A stretch of 64,000 nt of DNA. Origin: Schizochytrium sp. TIO01 (taxonomy: Eukaryota > Protista > Bigyra: Labyrinthulomycetes). The position numbers and the translations under genes were made by a program. Below are positions 55,340 to 64,000 of the stretch, piece after piece; position 1 is the stretch's first letter; every line of letters starts with the position of its first letter. A model generated the notes under the pieces. The model worked only from the letters and a program-made list of their open reading frames with translations. It searched no databases and was not told the origin of the DNA. The DNA is taken from positions 3,566,483 through 3,630,482 of the forward strand of contig SMSO01000032.1 of assembly GCA_004764695.1 (NCBI GenBank). The letters are read 5' to 3'.

Positions 55340-56490
55340 CTTGCTTGTTGCTTCTGCTGCTTCGAGTTGCTTTGGATTGCTTTGGTTTGCTTCTTTGAGT
55401 TGCGGGTTTGCTTTCAAGAGCTCTTCGGTCTCCGCCGCCTCCGGAAGAAAGCCTCAGGAGAAAAGGAGCGAGAAAAAGGAAAGAATAATCAAGAAGAAAC
55501 CGGAAATAAAAAGAGCGAGAGCGTGCCCACTAAGGGCCCAGATACCCCAAACTGTAGCCCTGAGGCATTTGAAAACTTTATTGAGGAACAAAAAGAATTT
55601 AAAAAAATGAATGAACAAACAAACAAAAGGTTTTCTCTCTTTGCGGCGTCGAACAGAGCAACTGTACGCAGCGAAAAATGATTGATTGAAAGGGCACAGG
55701 AACAAAGTCTGGTTGGGCAAACAAACTTGCATGCATACGTACAGAACAATCAATTATGTGTCAAGGTGCTGCGTGGCGATAAGGAAGGAAGGACTTTGAC
55801 CGAGAAGAAGCACCTACGTCCAATGATGCAGCCGCGCATAACTGGGAAGTATCTAAAGACTTACTTCTTCGCTGCTCTCTCGATAAATAATTTTAATTAG
55901 CTAATATTCCCTTTTTACCTACTCTTACTATTTTCCCTAAATTAAAATCCGCGTTTAAAACCACAATAATACTCATTGCGGTGAAATAATAATAAAACTT
56001 CGCGCATCGTAGTAATAAAATCCCATTAAGGGCGTTAAGAGGCATTTCTTTTTTTCAGGTCATAAAGTCCGGGTCTGAAAAGAGCATAACTTTTATTTTA
56101 ATTAAAATTAGAAAAGAAGCAATAGTTAACAAACCAACCAACGAACCAACCAGAAAGGAAACATAACAAGAGTCCAAGGATTTTCCATTACTTCTCAATT
56201 CAATTGTTCAAAATCGGCCAAAGAAGTAGATACACAAGAGCGGCAGAGACAAAGAAAGAAGTTCCGCCTTTAGCTCCGCTTCTTCAAGAAGTTCTTTTTC
56301 TTCTCCTCCTTCTTCTCTCCGGACCTCAGAGACCGCCGCGTGGAGAATAGAATCCGGAAGAACACAACCCTCGTTGAAAGAAAGCCTTTCTTTCCTCAAC
56401 GAGCCATCGAATCGACCACCTGAGAAAAGTAGGGATACCGCAGACCCTCCATAATACTTTGCCGCCTCAATTCGATCACCTCAAACAACC

Positions 56491-56549
56491 AAACTATCAA
56501 ACTATCAAATAATCAAACCATCAAACTATCAAACTATCAAACTATCAAA
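56491..56549. repeat. (AAACTATC)n minisatellite
   Basis: Directly visible in the sequence. Confidence 0.85.
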
Positions 56550-57442
56550 GAAAGAAAGAACGTCCAATCCTGAAAATCAATCCATCGCATGTGCCTTCTC
56601 TCTACTCCTACCCGAAAGCCTATACGCGCCCCTACCTCTGCGCTCGGGCTTTTCGTTTCTCCGAAGACGCGTATAGCCCCACATATCACTAACTTTAGAC
56701 ACATGCCTTCTGGAAGAGAGGGAGGCGAAACGCAGGAGGATACACACCTTTCATTTCACCGGGGCACCCGCACAATAGTATGCAAAGGAGGGCGCAGAGA
56801 GACAGACCTGCAGCTGTGGGGAGGGCATAGAGAAAATGTTCCAGAAGGGAGTTGGTAGAAAAGGCCATTTTGAAGGTTTTGCTTTTGTTACTATTCCTTT
56901 CTTTCCTTTCCTTTCCTTCCTTTCCTTTTTTATTTCTTTTCATTTTATTTCTTTTCTATTCTTTTCTTTTTGGAGCTTCGCTGTCTTCTTAGAAATGAAA
57001 AGGAGCGTAGACATGGCCGATAAAGCAGAGGTACAGATGCAAACCTCGAGAAGTACTTACGAGGAAGCGACGAAGACTGACGTCGAAGCTGCGAAGCGAA
57101 GGTGAACGTCGAAGCGTGGCGTGGAAGCGAGGCTGAAGAAGCGGGGCTGAAGAAGGAGGCAGGCTTCGTCCAGCCTGGCCAGGCCTCGGTGTGTCTCCTG
57201 CGGCGGAGTCCGGAGTTTTGCATCGGCGGGTATAAGGTACCGGAACTAAGCATTGCCTTGAGAAAGCGAGAGCAGCAAAGTGGAGGGGGCGATGGAAGAA
57301 AAGGAAGCGGGGTAATAGAAATTACAGAGAAGCCTAAAGGATTGATGGATAAGCAAACGCAAACGAGCAACTTAAAGCAGGGAAAGAAAGCCTTGGCGGA
57401 GAAATTGCAGGGAGAAAGAAACTTGAGACAGGAGACGTTCGA

Positions 57443-57508
57443 TTCAACTTCAACTCCAACTTCAACTTCAACTTCAACTTCAACTTCAACTTCAACTTCA
57501 ACTTCAAC
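57443..57508. repeat. (TTCAAC)n microsatellite
   Basis: Directly visible; it generates spurious VEVEVE, LKLKLK and STSTST ORFs. Confidence 0.95.
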
Positions 57509-60500
57509 ATGCATCCATTCATCCATTCACCCATTCCCATGTTGCTCTTGTTTCCATGAGCCGTGGATCAGTTGTGAATGTGCATACCTGTAGTGAGATC
57601 AGGCCGGTTTGGTGCTCAGTGTTGAAGAGCTTGAGTCCGCATTATCTATGCCAAAGGCGCTGGCTGAGGTTTGGCTTTCTCTGTTGATTGTTTTGGGGGG
57701 GGTAATAGGATGAATACATACACTGTAACGGCCTTGCTGGCGACCTTTTCATTCACCTTTTCACCTTTTGACATGTAAGTAACAATAAAAAACTGGATTG
57801 GGCAAAATGGCCTGATGGAAGTCCAGATCAACTCATCGTTCGAGCAAGAGTAAATGTGTATGTCAGGAGGAGCGAAGGGCGCCTTGTCGTCACGAGGCTC
57901 GGCGATGGATACATGACTTGTAAAATGAATGGACGATTCTCTGAAGGGACATCATGAAAAGACAGGGATCGAGGCAGTGTGGAACGGCAATTTTTTTTTA
58001 CTTTTTTTTTAATTTTTTTTTTTCCCATTTAATTTTATTATTTTTAATTAAAAAATAATAAGATGTGTGAATATAACAGCAATCAATTAGCACACGTGCG
58101 CAAGATCACGGCGGTCTAAGAGAGAGCTCGTTTACCAGCTACTTGCATATCTAACCTGGATACAATGGTTCTGAGCGCTCGATCCATCCAAGTTTGGTGC
58201 TCTGTCCTGCTCTGGCTGGCCTAGCTAGCGCTTCGAAAATCCATGAGCCGAACAGCTAACTGATTTTTGAAGCGGCAAAAGTCGTACTCTTGGAGGGGCT
58301 CTCATATTAATTTGCAAGTTCACGAAGCCACGAAGACCTTTCACCTGCAACTTCGCCGACCTCTTCTCGTTCTATGGAAACCTCCAGTCGAGCACCACTT
58401 CTGCACGACACCAAAGGAAACGAAGACATTTCGTTTATCTATCTGTTCGCATTGAACTGTTGTGCATTGGAGTACTTCTCAACAACAGCCTTCCTTTGCG
58501 TGTGTGCTCCAGGATAACAACACAAATGGTCTTACGGGGGAGCATCCTCGAGACTGTTGAGATAGCCAACGACGTGCTGTTGCAGGAAATCATTGAGCTC
58601 TTTCAAGTGGCCAAAGAAGCGTAGGACCCCGCGAGATAAGAAGTCGCGCTATCTCTCTGCCTCCATGTTGTCACCTTGGCAAGTTGCCAGAAGGAAAAGA
58701 CTGCCTCGTACGAAGTGGCGAGTGAACGCCCTGAAGGCAGCTAATCCAAGAAACTTGGACCACCAGGCACTAACTCGAACTCGGGGCGGTCAATAGTCTA
58801 CAGCGCCGTTGTTGTGCTTCTCCCGCTGAGAGATCCTACTTGTCCCGCGGCGAACAAGTCAAGGAGAGCTCCAGTGGGGAAAGAGCTTCCGCGCAAAGGC
58901 CGCTCCGTATCCAGATACCACGCTTCTTCAATCGTTGTCTGATCGGGTTTGTACTGCGGCAAGTCAGGCGGTCTTTGCTCCCTCGCTTGCTTGCCTGCCT
59001 GCTGTAGGCGTCGTGCTGGTCCTCGTGGGAGCACAGCTCTCTCTCTCTCTCTCTTTACAGAGGCATCATTCGCCGCCAGCGAAGTAGCGAAGGAAACCGC
59101 GGTCGAGAATTCCCAACCTATGAGACTGATGGCGCTAAGTGACTAAGGCGAGGCCTGAGAGGAAGCTCAAGCGCACCTTAATTAATCCAAGGTGCTGCAG
59201 CTTTGTAGTGAAACGATGCTGTAATCCACTTTAAACTCACTGGATTAGTCTAGTTACCACACTTGTGTGTATTCGGAGACAAGCGCTACATTTGGCGATG
59301 CTTGGCCTTGAGCTCTGTGTCCAACCCGAACAAGCAAGTTGGTTGATAGCTAGGTCTGACGGCGAGCCTGCGACCAGCGGCGAGAGCCACGTCGCTTCGA
59401 CGATTGGAGCTGGCAGAGGGTACGTCTAAACCAATTTAACTTCGTAAAGCAGGAGTTCTTGTGGCACGGGTTCCTGGCACGTGCGGCGAAGTCACTCACT
59501 ATCTTGGACTGGCAAGGTAAATTATCGCTGATCCTGGAATTACAATTAGTTTGTCTTCTTAATTGCACGCGTGAAACTTCAGCAGCGCGGAGCTTACAGG
59601 CCAGGGGAAGCCCGACTTGGCTTGTTTGCTGTCGATGAGGCCAAACCCGATCGGCAGACCGGCCAACCAGCACGGATACTGCGCTGGTGAGAAAACAAAG
59701 TCTGGGGTGTCTTGAGTTTGCTTGCGCACGTGTGCGACGAGAACAGTTCCCAGGTACTTTTAGACGAATGTCCAGTGCTGAAGGTAGGTACCGAGGTATT
59801 AGGTAGGTTAGTAGGGAAGTAGGTGCCTCGACCAGGAAGTTGGAGTGTTTGTGCAGTATATCGCTCGTAGCGGCGAAGTAACTCGGAGTTTTTGATGGTG
59901 ATTGCACAACGTAGCCTGTGATTGCTTATTAGAGAGTAATCAGTCAAGTGGAAATGTTCTACATAAAGGCTAGGGTTGGACGCATAAGGAATCTTGAGCA
60001 CAGCGGGTATCTATCTCGGTGGTTTTGCATAGGAGAATTATGAAGATCGAACCAGGAGTCTTCTGCGGAGATCTTTGCAAATGTGTGCTCTTCTTCTCTC
60101 TTGCGAAGTGATTGCTAGCAAATACTCTTCATATTTATTTCATAAGCGGATAGGCAACACTTGTCAAGATGATGGATAGGAAAAGAAACATATAGATCCC
60201 GAACCCTTATGCAAGACTGAAATTAAGAAACCGCATGACTGAAGGGAGTGCAAAAGAAAAATTGTCGACATCTTTTTTAATCTGTCGGACAATGCTGAAC
60301 GATCATTTTGCGAGGTACCATCACTTGAATTTTCCGAGGCAAACGAAAGGTTTGAAAGAAAAAGAAAAAAGGAACCCAGGCCTAGTTTAGAACAAATCAC
60401 ACACCTATTTGTGACTTAGAGACGACATTACTCTGACAAGAAACCTTAGAATTCAGAGTTCGTCATAAGCCGACCAAATACAACAGAGGTTGCGCCTTTT

Positions 60501-60858
60501 TCATGGAAAGCTCACAAATTGCACAGGACATGCGACTAATGCTTCTTGGTTTCGATTCAATGTATTTGCAATTTGAGGAAAGCATAATGAATGATATGTA
60601 GTCTGCTGAAGTACTACCAACCTTACAAGATTTTATTATTCTTCAAAATGAAAATTAAAGGTTACCGCGATGATTTTTCTTCTTCTTCTTCTTTTATTAT
60701 TACACCCCCCGAAAATAATATAAACTTCGGTGTACATACTACTTCTAATGAAATATTTCATGAAAGCGCATTTGAGAAATGGGACGTGCCTTGCCTTTCG
60801 GACTAAAGAACTGTATGCAAATCTCCGCGATGGTATCGACTATTTAGTTAGTCATAAC

Positions 60859-61935
60859 CTAAGGACTTTCTGCAGTGACGCTTGCCGATGATGAAGGTGT
60901 CGATGGCGTTTGTGAGGTGAACAGAGATTTGGCAATTGATGAAAGGTTTTTATGACGTCGACAGGAGCGACAAGACTGGCTTCGCCTTAAAGCATCTTCC
61001 ATACTGTTCCTTGCAGCAAGATCATCATACGCCGCTCCTTCCCCGATAGGGTACGGCAGCTCCGAACCTTCAGTCAGCTCGAGACTCATGACAAATTCAA
61101 CATTTTTCTTGCGGCTATACGCAGGAAGAAATAGGTGAAAGGGCAATACGGAGTCATTTGTATCCTCGTTCTCCTCCTCGGCTTTATTTAAACTTAAGTC
61201 GCCATTACTATCTCTTGTATTTGAACCTCGTGAAGATCTTCTTTTCTGAACCTTATCCACCGTTTTAGCTTTCTCGTCAGGCTTTGGAGAAGCCTTGCTT
61301 GCGTCATTGTGCGTGCTTTTATCGATCACTAGCAAAAACCCTGTAAAGTCAAGCTCACCGTCTGTCGCGTATTTGTCCACATCCTTGCGTAGCTGGTCAA
61401 GGCTGCTTTGAAGTCCAACGAGCTTCAGAGCGAGTGAGATCTCCTCAAAATCAAGCGCACCGCTGCCGTCCTCATCAAGAAGCTCAAAGACTTTCATATA
61501 CATTCGTCTAGTTTCGGAGGACATCCGGCCAACGACTCGTTGGCCCCGAATTCTCTGCCAATGGTTGCGTTGCCTGAGGGTATCAATTTCCACAGAAACC
61601 TGTAGAGCCTTTTGCTGTGCCTTGCGGCACTTTGGGCAGCCTCCTTGTCGCCAATCCTTCAAAATGCCCTTATGTAGACGTGGTGACGTCCCCTTGCTTC
61701 TTTCTTGATTGTTGCTTGCAGATGGTGGATGTGGTGTGAGTGTTGCTGCCTGTTCTTGGTCATCTCCATCGCCGTTCTTCTGCAGTTCGTCATTAAGTTC
61801 TTCGACTTTCCTTTGGTCTTTGGACCCTGCCTTCTGCCTTCTTGCCTGTTTAGACGTCTTTCGTACTGGTTTATTTCCCAAAGACACTGGCGGTATCTCC
61901 TCCAGAAGTGCAGCGATCTCATCGCGAGGGCTCAT
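60859..61935 (-). CDS. EF-hand calcium-binding protein
   Basis: Canonical EF loop FELLDEDGSGALDFEEI and a second degenerate hand (DGELDFTGFL). First ATG at 61935; an upstream exon is possible (TTGCAG acceptor-like site near 61993). Confidence 0.82.
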   Translation of the reverse strand: MSPRDEIAALLEEIPPVSLGNKPVRKTSKQARRQKAGSKDQRKVEELNDELQKNGDGDDQEQAATLTPHPPSASNNQERSKGTSPRLHKGILKDWRQGGCPKCRKAQQKALQVSVEIDTLRQRNHWQRIRGQRVVGRMSSETRRMYMKVFELLDEDGSGALDFEEISLALKLVGLQSSLDQLRKDVDKYATDGELDFTGFLLVIDKSTHNDASKASPKPDEKAKTVDKVQKRRSSRGSNTRDSNGDLSLNKAEEENEDTNDSVLPFHLFLPAYSRKKNVEFVMSLELTEGSELPYPIGEGAAYDDLAARNSMEDALRRSQSCRSCRRHKNLSSIAKSLFTSQTPSTPSSSASVTAESP

Positions 61936-62325
61936 GAGACCCACGCCAACCCTGTACCAGTCTGAATACTGCGCTACAGATTTCCTTTCCGCCTGCAATC
62001 TAAACAGTTCTGATCAATAAGGCATTACGTCATTTGTTATGCTCTCCAGGTGTTTGTATTGAGTTGCCTACTGCAACCAGGTGGTCCAGTGCAGCAGAAT
62101 TGGACTCCTCGCTAAAGTCCCGCGGAGAACTCCGCCCAGGAAAGTACACACCCTACGGTTCTCGACATTAAACATATGCAAATTACATAATTTGGCTCAG
62201 ATAATAATGGGGGTCGCGGTAAAACTCGTCTCGCGGCTCGCGTCGCAAGTGAGGAAATAGACACGTCCACATTGCTCGCTTTAGCCTCCTAGAATTACAA
62301 AGCTAGAGTGCGCGGTGCCCTGGTA

Positions 62326-62793
62326 ATGCTTTGTTCGCCTTCTGTCACACATGTGGCTCGAAAGAAAGGAAAAGGTCTGCAGGAAGGAAATAAATCACTG
62401 GGTGAACGCACCGCAGCTAAACTAGATGAGACTCTCTTGTGTAAATCGGCAGAACAATCGTTAGCCATCGCACAGAAAATGCTTAGCGGTAAAAAAGCAT
62501 CGCATTTGGACTGGGCCAAAATTGATGCCTTTGAGACTAAGAGAAAACGTTGTAAACTAGTCGGCGAAACATCACCTGGCCCAGGGCACTACAATATCCA
62601 ACAAGCTGAAATTGAAGCCAAAAAACGGTGCGGGAATGGTCTTTTGCGCTGGACTGGACCACCAGAGCTTACAAAAAGACAAGTGCAGGATCGTACCGAA
62701 GGAAAAGACATTCGTAGAGATTACATTGTACCATCTTGCTTTGATAAATACAAAACCAAAGCTCAACCTACTCGAGCACTGTATCAAAAGTGA
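62326..62793 (+). CDS. Small basic protein with a PGP (SHIPPO/ODF3-like) motif
   Basis: TSPGPGHYN matches the PGPGxY repeat of axonemal proteins; divergent from the EF-hand gene. The start is uncertain. Confidence 0.6.
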   Translation: MLCSPSVTHVARKKGKGLQEGNKSLGERTAAKLDETLLCKSAEQSLAIAQKMLSGKKASHLDWAKIDAFETKRKRCKLVGETSPGPGHYNIQQAEIEAKKRCGNGLLRWTGPPELTKRQVQDRTEGKDIRRDYIVPSCFDKYKTKAQPTRALYQK

Positions 62794-63540
62794 GGGATCA
62801 ACTTACAGCCAACGCATCTTCGTTGATAGAACTTCACGACATATTTCAAAAAGGCAAACGAAGAGGAGGGAAATGAGCACTTCACGCATATTTAAGAACT
62901 CATTTCACTACACAAATGTTAATCAATGACTTTAAGTCTGTTTTATCAAACGATACTAGCTTTAACCTGTGAAACTAAAGTTCAAGAACTATTCTTTAAA
63001 CAACAACGAGTAAATCTACCTGTAGTGTATATATGTGTGTGTTTCGACTTGATCAACACAGAAGCTTGATTCGCTAAATATTTTTGTTTATGGATTTAAG
63101 AGACCTCGTACCTTACCTAAGAGTGAACATAGTAGTAGGTATTAAAAAGTATTAACATTTATTCATGTATAGCCTAGTTATGTAATTCAGTTTGATCTAG
63201 CGTTATCTCGGAAATTTCTGTCTCGAAATATATAGCGTACTTTTATCTCCATTTTGAACAAGTATTGCAAGTAACTCTCTGTGCATTTTCATACTCGTTT
63301 TCTTATCCACAATTTTTCGCTATCTGCTATGACAACAGTTAAACTCCATTCTTTTGAACGTTTCCTTTCCAAGAATCTGTCTTCGAACTACCTCAGGTGT
63401 GTACGCTTGCCACTTAAATACCAATGAGACGACTAAAGGTGCCGGTCCCATCGTGGATCACTAGCAACGAAGTATAACTGGGCATTTCAATCTTCAAATC
63501 ATTCATACATTCAAATCTATAATATTATATATCAAGACAA

Positions 63541-64000
63541 CTACACCGAGCGATTGTTGTCGATGAAGACTACGCTCTGCTCCTTTTCTCCACAATATGG
63601 CACTCTACTTTCCTCAGTGGCGTGGCGAAGCACAGAAGATTGCGATGTGAAGACCACACTCTGCGAAGGGGCATCACGAGCAGAACGAAGTTCTCCATGA
63701 AAGATGATCAGATTATCTAAATACACCACTACCTCACTGACGCCACGACCTGGGCATATGGACTGGTTCCAAAAAATAAGGGCCCCCAATGTAATCCGTC
63801 GATCAAACAAGGCATACAGCCGTGCAGGCCTGGCAGCGTCGGGTGGCGTGAGACGGGTAGACCATGGCTTACGCCAGTTAGGATCAAGCTCACCCTTGCT
63901 TGGTACCAGCAACCGTCCACCATAACCCTTCATATTAAGAGGCTTTCCCCTTGCATCAATAATCTCCAGCTTATCAAGGCCCACCCATGTTGGGTCGCCA
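63541..64000 (-). CDS. KATNIP: C-terminal part of a KATNIP/KIAA0556-like (DUF4457) protein (start outside the window)
   Basis: GDPTWVGLDKLEIID...LIFWN...RGVSEVVVYLDNLIIFHGELRSA...QSVVFT matches the repeated DUF4457 unit (WGDxxxVGLxxxE...IWN...RGV...IFxGEL). Confidence 0.75.
   Translation of the reverse strand, partial: GDPTWVGLDKLEIIDARGKPLNMKGYGGRLLVPSKGELDPNWRKPWSTRLTPPDAARPARLYALFDRRITLGALIFWNQSICPGRGVSEVVVYLDNLIIFHGELRSARDAPSQSVVFTSQSSVLRHATEESRVPYCGEKEQSVVFIDNNRSV

Noticed and set aside
56945-57593. 193-aa and 163-aa overlapping ORFs
   Set aside because: Driven by the (TTCAAC)n repeat and purine-rich tracts; no domain signal.
62063-62077. X-box-like palindrome GTTGCCTACTGCAAC between putative ciliary genes
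   Set aside because: Imperfect match, and RFX factors are not expected in stramenopiles; insufficient support.

Overview
Eukaryotic nuclear DNA with intron-poor genes separated by AT-rich, microsatellite-rich spacers. The style and gene content suggest a flagellated stramenopile such as a thraustochytrid (inference, not verified). About 18 protein-coding genes are supportable: a partial Asn-rich ORF, a large IQ/WW/B-box protein, an OTU deubiquitinase, an OCRL/INPP5B-type 5-phosphatase, a membrane-tethered bZIP, a TAF10-like histone-fold protein, a membrane-anchored ParB/Srx-like protein, a RAD51B-like paralog, a purple acid phosphatase, a PH protein, a PDI-like/JmjC fusion, two tiny convergent Cys/His-rich paralogs, an EF-hand protein, a PGP-repeat protein, a partial KATNIP-like gene and two hypothetical proteins. 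No tRNA, rRNA, CRISPR array or intact transposon was recognised. Best leads: (1) a composite ERSE-II/UPRE element upstream of the membrane-bound bZIP, suggesting a self-regulating ER-stress factor; (2) a convergent pair of 41-51 aa zinc-binding microproteins, one absent from the ORF track, which gains a CaaX prenylation box only when its intron is spliced; (3) a phage-like ParB/Srx domain on a type II membrane protein; (4) a membrane-anchored fusion of a redox-inactive PDI-like region with a JmjC hydroxylase.
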